Positions 12,909-25,118 of a stretch of 64,000 bases of DNA are shown here, piece after piece. Origin of the DNA: Lama guanicoe (taxonomy: Eukaryota); the NCBI GenBank assembly GCA_013239625.1, contig MU053561.1:4757214-4821213 (forward strand). The letters run 5' to 3'. The position numbers and the translations under genes were made by a program. Numbering within the stretch: the first letter of the stretch is position 1; every line of letters starts with the position of its first letter. Below the pieces are notes generated by a model. The model was not told where the DNA came from. It worked only from the letters and a program-made list of their open reading frames with translations, and made no database searches.

Positions 12909-14416
12909 AGTTTTTTTTTTAACTGTTTCTTCCCTTGTTGGATTATTTTTAGGATTCAGTAGCCTATGTAAAATTTTTTAGCATAATAGTAGCTGATAAA
13001 TTTCTTATTAATAAGTACTTTTGATGATATTAGGACTAAATGGAGATTCACTTGTTAAAACTGGAGTTTGTTTTTAAAGATTTTTGTTGCTATGATGAAG
13101 ACAATGAATTTAGTGTCCTCTTTTATTTTTAAGATGGATACAAAGGATACAAATATAATGGAAAGAGTTGAACTAGGAATTAGAAGACTTAACTACTTCT
13201 CCTATTTCTGCCATTAACTGGCTTTATAACTGTGGGGAAATTACATAATTTTCTGCCTCTACTTTTTAAACTTACAGTGGGGATATTGGACTAAATTATT
13301 TCTAAGATTCTAGTATCTGTACTTTGGGGAGAAAATAATCTCTATATAAGTATTAATTTGAGTAAAAGTGTAAAGTTGACTCTTTCACACTGATTCTGCC
13401 TTCATAAATCCTCTTTTATGAATAGTCAAGATTAAGAAAAGACTATGGGGAAATTTTGCAAGCCAACACCCTTTGTTTATCTTAAATGAACCTTTTGTAA
13501 GGAATAAAGGCTTTAAAGTCCCATTAGTAAAAGGAATACCAGGGATGCTCGGGGCCTCATAAATGGGATGGAAATATGCTGCATGTATTTTATTTACTTG
13601 CCATCACTTGTTGAATTAAGGTATTACTGAATACCAGGCCTGTTACAGAGCATTGAAATAGTAATCTGTTTACTAGCTAGGCTCAGAAATGGATTTTAAA
13701 TTACAAAAAGATACAAGGAAGATGTTTTGTTTGAATAGTAATCATCTGATACCAGGAAGCCTGGTCTTCAAGTTAAGGGGCTTTTCAGTAGAAAATGACT
13801 TTTCAATATTTTATTTTCATAACTGTTTAAATAGCTTCTCTGTGTTCAGTTATTTCCCAAGCTTACAAAGTTTTGGCCAAGAGTTGGGGTCAGAACTCCC
13901 CGGCATGATCACTAAATGGTTAATAAAACTTGAATTGTGTTACTACAGTCTTTTTCCTTCTATTGCTGTGTCCAAAGTTCTTTGTGTTACAAGGTTCTCT
14001 CTTTTAAAAGATACCGTATTATAATAATAATAATAATACATTTTGGAATCTTTTTTTTTCTTTTTCTTTTTTTTTTTTAATAGGAGTCATACAGTTTGGA
14101 TGGACTGGTGTCCTTAACACTAGTGGCGTGCTGCCCTTGCTGACTGCTTTCTTTCCAGATTTACTTATTAAAGATAGAACTGTGGGTCCCTCACTAACCA
14201 TAGACTGCCATACATTCTGAATATGATTTGATTTTCATGATGTGATTGAGGCAGAAGATTTAAAGTACAATTCTCTCTACTCAGAATTTGCATGCAGCTG
14301 GCTCAATAATCAACACATGTTTTTCTCTAAAATTAATATGCCGTGCATTTCCAAATTCAAATTAAACGCTTTGGCATTTTTGGAGAATCCTTATATATTC
14401 TTATTTGTTTCTTTAG

Positions 14417-14569
14417 ATACCAAACTACTATAAAATTATAAAGAAACCAATGGATTTATCCACCGTGAAAAAGAAGCTGCAGAAAAAACATTCCCAACAC
14501 TACCAAATCCCAGATGACTTTGTGGCTGATGTTCGTTTGATCTTCAAGAACTGTGAAAGGTTTAATGAA
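14417..14569 (+). CDS. TRIM33: TRIM33 coding exon: bromodomain core ([21 protein letters not shown]...[17 protein letters not shown])
   Basis: ctttag acceptor, gtatgt donor, 153 nt; bromodomain motif [11 protein letters not shown]; conserved Asn codon at 14564-14566. Confidence 0.97.
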
Positions 14570-15993
14570 GTATGTTAGCTTCCAAACTATAGAGTCTTGG
14601 ATTGCTAGTTTTTGTTTGTTTGCTTATTTTGTTTTTTGTTTTTTTCTGCCAAGAAATTTTCAAAGTTGATTTTAAAAATTTATTCTGCTTCAGTTCTGTC
14701 AGAAGTGAAATTTGATTGCATCCACAGCTCCAAAGAAGAAAGCTTACTGCATGTATTTTGAAGTATATACTTAAATATAATATAATAAATTAAGAATATT
14801 ATTGAATACCCCTTCCTGAACATGTTGAGGCTTCAGATAAGTATAGAAAGTAATCTGTAGTTAAGTATATTTTGTGGGAAATGATTACAAACAAGCCTTC
14901 ATTTTGAGTACATTTAGGAAAGGTATTTGTACCGGTGTCCTTTGATTTCATTATTGGCCATATAAATAAGAGAGCCTTAAAATTATAAACTCAGGTGGCT
15001 CACCTGAATAGTAGCTCTGAGTATATAATGCTGAGTTCTGATCTCAGCAATGTGACTTTCATTAACTTTGGTTATGTATTATTTTGAGACTAAAGATGAG
15101 CTCTCCGTACTTTCAGAAGAAATGTGGTAGATATATACCTCCTTAAAGGAAATTTTTGTTTTCTTTGTGAAAGGTCAAGTCTCTTATTGTTAAGGAATGT
15201 TTTCATTATTATAGGAGAAAAAAATGGAATTGGATGAGGATCCACAAAATCTTCAAAAAGATTAATAACTAAAATCTTTATTACTGATGAAATTTGGGTG
15301 CCATGTGAATATTAACTAAAAAAATCACATTGAATCATTTAACATGTACTCAGAGTTGCCTCTGGAAGCATCTAGGTGACTTAAAAATTTAAACAAAAAA
15401 AGTTTCTTATTAGGTGAAAAGTTTAGTCACCTTTATAGTAATATGCCACAAAGAATATAGTAAAACCTCACTTGCTCAAAGTTAAATTAATACAGTCCCA
15501 AGTTTTGTCTTATTTTCCAATCCAGTTAGATTATTTTCAAATAAATATGCTTTGATGAACCATAGTTAGCATTTGCCGGGAAGAAGACCCCTTTTAACTG
15601 CTTTAATAATAGTTAAATAATTTATGATTAACCAGTTGCCATACAGATAGAATTCTGATTAAGTGAAAAATTTGTAAAACAAATATAAGAAGTGTTCTTT
15701 TAAAAACGGCCAAACTTTGAACAACCGCTTAAGTAGATTGATGTAGTCAGACCAACTCCTATTCAGGTTGATGCCACTAATTCAGAATTTGAGAGAATTT
15801 CACAGTAGCTTTAGTAGTAGCTTTGTAAAGAAAGTGGGTCCGTGTTCTGTATAATTTTAGAAAGCACTTGATCTGGTAATAGCAATTTGTTCCTCCTAGT
15901 ATGGCTGACTTTCGTCACCAATCCTATACAGTCTTATAACTTTAGAAAGGATTATAATTTCCCTTTTTTTTTTGACTCTGGTATCCTTTTTAG

Positions 15994-16044
15994 ATGATGA
16001 AAGTTGTTCAAGTTTATGCAGAAACACAAGAGATTAATTTGAAG
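15994..16044 (+). CDS. TRIM33: TRIM33 51-nt cassette exon (MMKVVQVYAETQEINLK), included in isoform alpha and skipped in beta
   Basis: tttttag acceptor, gtaagc donor, phase 0-0; matches the known 17-aa bromodomain insert. Confidence 0.93.
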
Positions 16045-16123
16045 GTAAGCTTTTCAGACCATGCAAACTTGGTGAAGGAATATGCATTACCAATAGGTGA
16101 ATATTCCTATCTTTTGCTTGCAG

Positions 16124-16336
16124 GCTGATTCAGAAGTAGCTCAGGCAGGGAAAGCAGTTGCATTGTACTTTGAAGATAAACTCACAGAGATCTACTCAGA
16201 CAGGACCTTCGCACCTTTGCCAGAATTTGAGCAGGAAGAGGATGATGGTGAGGTAACTGAGGACTCTGATGAAGACTTTATACAGCCCCGCAGAAAACGC
16301 CTAAAGTCAGATGAGAGACCAGTACATATAAAGTAA
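16124..16336 (+). CDS. TRIM33: TRIM33 last coding exon (ADSEVAQAGKAVALYFEDK...PRRKRLKSDERPVHIK*)
   Basis: ttgcag acceptor, TAA at 16334-16336; acidic stretch plus basic NLS-like RRKRLK. The nine exons total 1323 nt = 440 aa plus stop. Confidence 0.97.
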   Translation, partial: ADSEVAQAGKAVALYFEDKLTEIYSDRTFAPLPEFEQEEDDGEVTEDSDEDFIQPRRKRLKSDERPVHIK

Positions 16337-19300
16337 AATGATATGAACTTAAATCAATTGTTTAAAAAGAAAGAAAGAAAAACTTTTATTTAAGTGTTGC
16401 TGGAATATCCTGCCTACAGTGGGCACCTCCTTGAAGAAACTGATAGCTTTTACACAGTGTTAGATTGAAATAATGGACAGAAAACACATTCTTGTCAAGA
16501 AAAGGGGAGAGGACTCTATTTGCAACTTTAAAAGTAAAAACAAAAGCAAAAGTGAAGTGATTTGAAGATTTCTGTTACTAAAGAGGACTCATTGTTAGAA
16601 TGGGCAGACATTGACGATCATTTGGTGTTGACTGGTGCAGGATACTGAGTGTTCGATTACTTGAGGATCATGTTGCTTATTAAATTATCTCTTTGGACTA
16701 AAGTGCAGTTATTAAAACAACTTTATGCCTCCCCCTCCACACACATACTGGCTTATTTTCTACTTAAAAATCAAGTTGTTCAGATTCCACTTTGATGTCA
16801 GTGCAGATGTGCCCTAGATCATGCCATTATGTTTTTTTTTTCTGATTTTGATGCTGTTGGGCCTTAGTTTTTATATTGGTTTAAAGAACTCAACAGTAGT
16901 TTAATTTTCTATTCATACTTAAGAATCTAGGAAACACAACATTGATCGTCATTTAATCACCTTTAATGGTCCACTGAAATAAATATAGTAACTTTTCGGT
17001 AGCAGATCATGTAATTACAGTAGTCATTTCCAGAAGACACTTCACAGAATTGCATTTTGCAATCAAATCATCGAATCATACAGTTATTCCCATGAAAGGC
17101 AGAATGTTTGAAAATTGAAAATAATGCAGTTTTCTGTACATGTAACATTTGTTTGAGAAGGTGACAACTGGCTCTTATCTAGTCTTCCCTCATATCAGTT
17201 TTCTGATAGACCACTATTGGCAAACAGTAATCTGTCAACTACCAAATGTGTAAAATTTTCTGTATTTCACTTTGTCTTATTTGTAAATAGTGAACTAAAA
17301 CTTCTGGCAGATCAGCAACATTTGCTGAGCCTGTTTTTTAAGCTAATATGTATTCTTACTAATGTTCCTATCAAGAATGGATTTGTAATATATGCTGTCT
17401 ATTTCTAATGTTCACATTCATATTTTGAGGTTCTATCTTATTTTAATAGAGAACAGACTTCTCAGAAAATCTTCAAGAAGCAGCTTATATTAAAATATCA
17501 AAATATTGAAATAAACCCGGTGGGGTTAGATTACTCATCTGTCCACCAAGTGGGACATTTGCATGGACTAGGGGCTTAAAGGACTTAGAAGAGACCTGTA
17601 AGTATATCCTGAAAATGAGCCAATCAATCCCCACTTGAATGGTTACTGGAGTAAACCCACCTTTACTACTCTGATTTCAGCACCCGAGGCAGATAAACCA
17701 CCTTGGCTCTGTTTCATTTTTCTTCTCTTCATTTGTGATGCTCAGATCCAAGATGTGTGTTCTAGACTGTGTACAGGCTTCTCTTTTGTTGGGTTAAAAA
17801 TTTTAGTCCTACTTTTGTATGGACATGTTAGAATGTAAAGTGACCAAAATAGAAGACTTGCCATTAGATATTTTTCAGATGTCAGCAGATTTGTGGCAAA
17901 TCATTTTTGCCTTTTTAAAAATTCAGCATAAACAGCTCAGACAGTAGACTACTCAGAAAAAAATTGACATAATTGTCTAAGAGGTAAATATTTTTTAGTG
18001 CGTACTGAATTAAATAAAGTGCTATAAAGAAATTATTATACAAATTTCTTTGGGTTTTTCTTTTAACAAATGGTGGGGTTAAACATGAATATGAGTCAAG
18101 CCTTTTGATGGTGTGTTGGTTTTATTATTGCTGTTGACTTATTTTATTCTGTGACTCTCTTTTAGCTTCTTTTTCAGTTTTGTTATAAGTTAAAACAGTT
18201 TGGTATATGTTTTAAAGTTCATCATTTTTCTCAGATTTAAAAATCTAAAGTTTTCTTACAAGAAGGAGAAAATTATTTTAAAATGTGTTTTTTTATCAGA
18301 GCGTGTTTCCTCTTCCCCAGCACATCATGATTTCAGTTTATCAGGAGACTTACATAAGGGCACATTTTTGGAAAGAGATGCGTAACAGTATAACTTCACT
18401 TTGCCAAGCCATCAAGTTCTAATACTTCATGTTTGCTCTTCATATGAATCCTTTTTATGCTTCTTAGATAATAAGTACTACCAACAGGGTTGGAAAAACA
18501 AAATTTTAAGTAAATATTTATTTCTTGGTATCTGAGGCCTTAAAAGGTAAGATGTTCTCTTCAAAACATTTCCATGTTAGATGGAGTTTTTCGGGTTTTT
18601 TTCTTTTAATTTAAAATTGGTTCTTTAAAAGCCGCTTACTGTCAGCATTTACTAGGCTCCATTTCTGTTAACAGAAGATAATTTATACTGCTGAAGAACT
18701 AGTATTAAATTGTATAACTGTCAACAAACCACCATTAAATGAAGATGTTCACCTTAGAGTTCATTAAGATTTTTCTTGCACATTAATCATTGTGTTTATA
18801 AGCCAATTTGTTTAGCAGTAACTAAAAAAATACAAAAACTTAAATTGATATTCAGATAATCTTAGCATGTTTTCCTGTTAATTTGTTTAAAAAAGACAAA
18901 CATCGAATATCAATCCCTGAAAAGCAGTTTGGTTTAAAGGCAGTGTTTTAGATTTGGAGATATTAAATATTTCCTTAAAGGCTTACAAAGTTTTCACCAT
19001 ACTTCATTGCTTTCATTTCCCCTCAGAACACTAAGAACAAAGTGTCCCTCAGCATGTTCCACTAGCCTAATTTTTATTTTTTAGCAGTTGGCTCAGCTGA
19101 TTCACTTGAGTGAAGGAATTGCTTCGGATTGCTTTGCAAGGTGAAGTGTGTGTGTTCCAAAGTATGGTTAAATTGTAGGTCATGTTCTATATAGAAATAT
19201 CAAATCATTACCACGGAGAAAGGTTAAGGCATTGTATCCACTGTTGAAATTACTCTTTTTTGGAATCAACAAGGTACCTTCTGACTTCCATTTCTTACAA

Positions 19301-21072
19301 GGGAATTTTAAACTCTGATTTTTTGTTGTAACAGTTTTGAGATTTTTAGTTAATCCAAAGAAATAATGCTTTTAAATACAAGCAAAGGGTTTATAGTGTG
19401 GAAATTATAGATTTATTAATTACCTCAGCAGGTATCCTGCCATGTAACTATTAGTGATTAGTTTTAATTAGCCAGTAGATTTAGGGTTTCTGACTAAGCC
19501 CTTGGGCTGTAGCCTACCATATGTTAAACAGTCTCTTAGTATTCAAAATGGGAGTAGCTGCTCTCCCTTGGCCTTTTAAGTCCCTTACCTACTCAAATAC
19601 AACACATGAACTATAAAAATCTCATTTCTTGAAGTCAGCACTGCTTATTTGTGTATTTAACATTGGATCAGTGAGTAGTTTTATAAAATCCATCCACCCC
19701 AACTTCTCTGATTAAAACAATCAAGTTCTTAATTCATCCCATGAATTCTTAATTCATCCCGTCTATATTAATAATCTGCTGGAGGTGATCCAAAGCTTAA
19801 GGTATATCACAGTGTGATCACATACCAGACCTGGATGCTTTATTTCCCACGGTTATCTCCTCCTCGATAAAGCAATAACACTGCTTTAAGTCTGTTGCCT
19901 AATAGCATGTCGTAATCCTCCTGGATGGTGATTTTATAGGAAAGTTTGTATGCATATCACCCAGTCTATCTTTTAAAAATTAAGAAATTTAAATGTATGC
20001 TGGAGCTAATGACTATATTGTGGCATTTTATTTTAAAAATTGGGGAAAGTTGCATATTTTTTTAAAAGTAGGCGTTTGAGTAAAAAAATTGAAGGTACTT
20101 TTTTAAGAAAAAATTTATATGCCACAGTTTACATAGACATTTCAGATTTCAACATGTACTCTTGGATATAATGGTTTCTTTTACTTGGTCAAATGCATGT
20201 ATAGCATTTCTTCCATCTTAGTTTCTTGTGTTTGCCTTTGTGGTCTTTTATATATTTTTTTATTGTGTCTGAGAAACAAAATTATCTTCAAAAATTAGTC
20301 AATTTGGATACATTTATTATAATCAAACTACAAAATGTGCAAAATTACATTTAGCCCTTTTCTAGCAAGTGATCTTAAAAGAACAGCATTTTTAATTTTG
20401 ATTTTTAAATTCACCAAATTTGTGTGTGGGAAGGCACTGAAATGATTTTGTAAGTGCCACTGCAATATTCCCTTTCAAGTGTGGCCTCAATTTCAGTCTT
20501 AAGAACGAAATGCATGTCTGCTCCTGGTTTGAGAGATGTAGGCATTAACTATGTTTTAAATCACAGTGAAACATGTAAATACGCCTATAAAAAATTTTGT
20601 GCAATCTGAAAGCCTGTTTATTTTCTATGTAGACATACCTACACACGAAAGGGTTAAATTCACAGCCTTACTAGTTCCTTGCTTCCGGTATTTCAGCTCG
20701 TCTCCTCCCCTCATTATTATCATTACTACAACTACTATTATTTTTGCACATAGTTAACTATCCTTCAGTATGATTCTGAAAGAAAAAGTGCTGTTTCTGT
20801 GGTATTGTATTCTCTAAATAATCATATTTAATTTTTTAAACAAAGTTACAGTTTCTAATTGTTCCCTTCCTGTGTTTTTTGCTGGTGTGTAATAAAAGCA
20901 AGCTTTTCCTTTCCTGGTTATTTAATGCATTCGCTGCCTGTAAATATTTCTTGTTACAATGCTCTGGAACGTGTTGTAGAAGTTGTATTAGATCAGTTTA
21001 AAGCCTTGTTTGAAAGCCACATTGTTTTGGTTATTTCTATTAAATTAGAAAATTGAAAACATTTTCAAATGA
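16337..21072 (+). other. TRIM33: TRIM33 long 3'UTR (~4.7 kb)
   Basis: AT-rich stretch after the stop with no recognisable interspersed repeat. It ends at ATTAAA (21039-21044) followed by a T-rich tract; repeats resume just after. The exact end is inferred. Confidence 0.75.
21039..21044 (+). terminator. Probable distal polyadenylation signal (ATTAAA); alternative AATAAA at 16978, 17510, 18013 and 20891
   Basis: Hexamer ~25 nt upstream of a T-rich downstream element (gaatttttttttccttccttttt). Confidence 0.65.
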
Positions 21073-21109
21073 ATTTTTTTTCCTTCCTTTTTGAGTTGAG
21101 ACTTAATCA

Positions 21110-22380
21110 TTTAAACTTATTTTTAAAATGTATACTATGTGCCAGGCACTGGAGATACAGTCATGAACAAGATAAAATACCTTCCTGCCCTCACAAGTCT
21201 TTAGACTGTATTTGAGAATGAGTGCAATGATAGGGTTAACACAGAAAGTAGTTAGTAACGCATGGGAAGGGATCTGACCCCCAATTTTGCTGGTCAGGGA
21301 AGCATTCTCTTTCATTCATGAAAGATAGGACAGTGGAACAGGTAAAGAGAGAATGAAAAAAAAGTGTTACAAAAGCCTGAAAATTAAAAGAACATCTGTG
21401 TGTTCCAGGACCCCAAAAAACTCAGTTTGGCTGGAATAGAGTGTAAGTTGGAGTATTAAAATACTAACCTAAAGAATTGAGCAGAGTCCTTTTCATGCAG
21501 GGTGTCTTGAAACTCAACATTAAAGGGCTTGGGCCTTACACTGAGGGCAACAAGGAGTCTCTGAAAAGAATTTTAAGCAGGATGGGGCTTGGAGAGTTGA
21601 CATAATCAGACTTGCCTTTTTGAAAGATCGTTTTAATTATGAAGAATGAGTTATGGAGCAGATTGGAAGTGGAGAGGCAGTTGTAGGCTGTAATCCAGGT
21701 TAGCCCTAAACTAGGCTATCTAGCAGTGGAAATGGAAAATAGTCAAATTATAGATTTAAAAAGTAAAATAGACCAATAACTGGGGCCATGTACTTGCCTT
21801 AGGTATATTTTATATGGTATCTACTAAAATAATCAGGGGAGAAAAGATTACGAGTAGAGGAGAATGAGTTTGGGGATTTGCTGAGTTGAAGGTACCTATG
21901 GAAAATTAAGGTGCAGGTCCATAGTTCTGGTGCTCATGAGAAATCCCTGGGCTGTAAGATCCAACAGAAATGTTTTATTCATCATGAGTATGCCTAGCAC
22001 ATGGTAGGCGTTCAGTAAACAACTGTCATTGAGCCACTTGCATAATAGTTGATAACTAAAACAATGTACGAGTATGATGTTGCCTAGGAAATTTATAGAA
22101 TGAGAAGAGTAGAATACTTAATAATAGAGGAAACTAGGGGAACAGACTCCACAAGGGCACTATGGAGTAGTCATGGAGGAAAGCCAGGAGAGCCACAGTG
22201 TGAAGTACCAGTGACAACAAGTCCTGGAGCAGGAGATGAAGTAATGATGAAGTTGACTATTTAGAAGCCATAGATGACGCTGGTAAGAGCTGTTCCAGTT
22301 TGAGCAGCAGCAAGAGTGCAGTAGGTTAGATGATTGAGTGTAGACCGTTCTTTCAAGAAATTTGACTTTGTTTTTTCTTT
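21110..22380 (-). mobile_element. Decayed LINE-2 fragments
   Basis: 'tactatgtgccaggcactggagatacagtcatgaacaagata...cctgccctca' is the L2 3' end in reverse, followed by purine-rich L2-like sequence. Confidence 0.7.
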
Positions 22381-24379
22381 AGGTTATACAGAGCTTATGT
22401 TAATAAAGTAAAACATCAGAATGAATGTTCCAAATTGTTACCATTCTATAAGCATTTTTGTACAGTGGAAAAACATGAATTTTGGCTACTGGGCAGACTT
22501 CACCATTTCAGACTAAAAGGTTCAAACTAAACTTAGATTTACTGGTTATGTGGACTCTGAGTTTTACTTTTGATTATTTGTGAAACGAGGATGGTCATAT
22601 ACAGCCCATAGTAAGTTCTTAGTTTCCTTTTTCCTATATCTTCCTGCTATTGCCACGAAAAGGGGGAGGTTAGAAATGTAATTTCTCCCTTTTTACTGAT
22701 GGATGAGAAGAGACTTTAATACAAGACCCCCAAGATGTTTAAACCTATCCTCAACTCTTAAATATATAGACTTCTAAAGATTCCAGCAAATACCCATATT
22801 TTGCTATAGATTTTTAGGAGATAATAAATGCAAACATGAACCAGTAGGCTACAATTCCTAATGCCAGGTTTTGTCTCAAGTGTCCTCTTTTCCTATTCCC
22901 TGGCCTCAGGTAGTGATAAATATATCACTATTCTTTCACTTATAAATATGTTACTGTTGGTGATTTGGAAAGGCAGCATAGAGGGGGCATCAGTTTTTGA
23001 CAATATGGCAGACTGCATGCCCTGAGGAACTCTGATGATATAAAACATCTGAGATGCTGGATAAGATTGACTAACAAACAAACCCTTTAAATGTGTTGCT
23101 GAGCTAGGAAGGAAGAAGGCTGCTCAGAGCTCCACCCTATCACTGGTAGCATTTTTGCCAGAAGTGTTTGACCTGAATCTTATGTGGAATAATTAGAAGT
23201 GGAATATAGGGCATTACAGAGATTTCTGATATGAATTCTTAAACTAACTGTTTAAGTAACTGTGGGGAGACTATTCTAGATGAAACAGCAAGCAGTGCAT
23301 GAGTTTACATTTGATCTTGAATTAAACAATCCTAGCCATTAAGGACATTTTAGGCACACCTGTGGAAATTTGTATATGAACTCTTAGATGATCCAGAGTG
23401 TGTATTTTCTTAGGTGTAATAATGGGTCGTGCTTATACAGGACATCTGTTTCTTAGGAGACGGCATACTGAAATATCTAGGATGAAGTATTTTATTTTAA
23501 ATGTTTAGGTAAAGCATGTGTGTGTGTGTGTGTATGATGCAAATGTGACAATAGCAAATAGTGAAAAAGATATATAGGTACAGCAATAATGTTCCTTCAA
23601 ACTTCTGCAGACTTGAAAAATTTCAAAATAAAGTTTAATGGAGTGGGGAGAGGAGATTGTGGGACAAAAAGCATGAATCCAGGGAAGTAACTGTTAAAGA
23701 GGACTCTGACAATCCTTGTGTTCTAAAGACTATGGAATTTGCTAAACTTTAAAAACAAAGCATAGGACTGACATAAATATCAGGTCAGAGTGAGATACTC
23801 CTCCAAAACCTGGGACCTCAAAAACACTCAGTAAAGAATGAACCAGAGTAGCCTGCCTCAGAGAAAGAAAACTGGGTGGAGGAAAGGAAAAAAATCATCC
23901 GAGAATTTGCATCTATAAGCTGATACAGACTCATACTATTTATGCAGTCAGGAAGCTTAAGAATTCAAAGTTGTTTCAGGTTAGAAGTGATTCCAGGCAC
24001 TCAACAGAATATTAATTTCTTAAGAAAAGCACTTGAAACCCAATCTCAAGTAGTTCTCATAGGTAATGTTCCAATAATCTTGGATTCATTCAAGGTCACA
24101 AAAATGAGAAACAAACCATTTTCTAAAAATCAGGAGAAAGATTTTTGACCTACAATGACTGCAGATACTGAAATTACTGGATGATTATGTACAAAGACAT
24201 TTTAAAAAATTGACATCTCTAAAATTGGGATGGTATTGTGTATGTTGGCTACAAAAAAAAAGGTGTGCCCTTTATACTTAATGGCTTAATGATTCACTGG
24301 CATACAATACAGAGAATAGAAGAAAACATCAAAAATTTGAGAAGGAACAAGAGGCTTAATGGTGGTGGAGGTGGGGATA

Positions 24380-25118
24380 ACAAGAGTGCATGGGAAGAAA
24401 AATGACCGTTTAGATTTGAAAACAATGAACATCTAGACATGAAAATGATAAAAACAAAAAGACCAAAATGAAGTTATACAGAATGCAGTACATGACAGAG
24501 AGATAGACTGTATGAAGAAGAGAAGTTAAAGGACATTAAGGACATGTGGAGAAGGTTGATGAACATAATAGTGTGCTAGGAGATGATAGACTAGTTAGGG
24601 ATAATATTTGAGGGTATTTTGACTGAGAATTTGCCAAATTTTATTAAAGTCATAGATCCTGACATTTATGAAGGCTGGGGAATAAGTTAATATCTAGGCC
24701 TACTGAGCTAAATTCTGAAGGACCTACAAAAGTGGGAAGTCTTAGTGACACCCTTATGAAGCAAACAATTAAAAACAGAGGATCTTTGAAAGAGCAAGAC
24801 CTTCCCCATAAGTAACAGTTACTAGTGTTATAGCTGCTTAAGAACAATGGAAACCAGAAAATAGTGGAGTAATATTTTAGATACCAAGAGGGAGCTGTTA
24901 ATCTAGAATTCTGTACCCAACAAAACTATCAAGAAAAAAGGCAAGGACATTCTGGCTACAAAGCACTTACTACTATTATATCCTAAGTGAATTTCTGAAG
25001 GTTTACTCCAAGAAAAAACAGATCTAAGAAGGAACGGTGATCAAAGAAAATAGTTAATGGAGATAAGTAGACTATAAAACAATAATGATGTTGATTTTTG
25101 CAAGTTAAAAAGAAAACT
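24380..25118 (+). mobile_element. Ancient L1 (ORF1/inter-ORF relic), left half; continues at ~31250-31830
   Basis: ORF1-like 'tctagaattctgtacccaacaaaactatc' and 'gactgagaatttgccaaatt'; inter-ORF-like sequence resumes after the intervening L1. Confidence 0.6.

Noticed and set aside
16097..16123. Upstream AG (16095-16096) that would add 9 aa (VNIPIFCLQ) in frame to the last exon
   Set aside because: No polypyrimidine tract before it, and it would leave only a 52-nt intron after the cassette exon; unsupported without RNA data.
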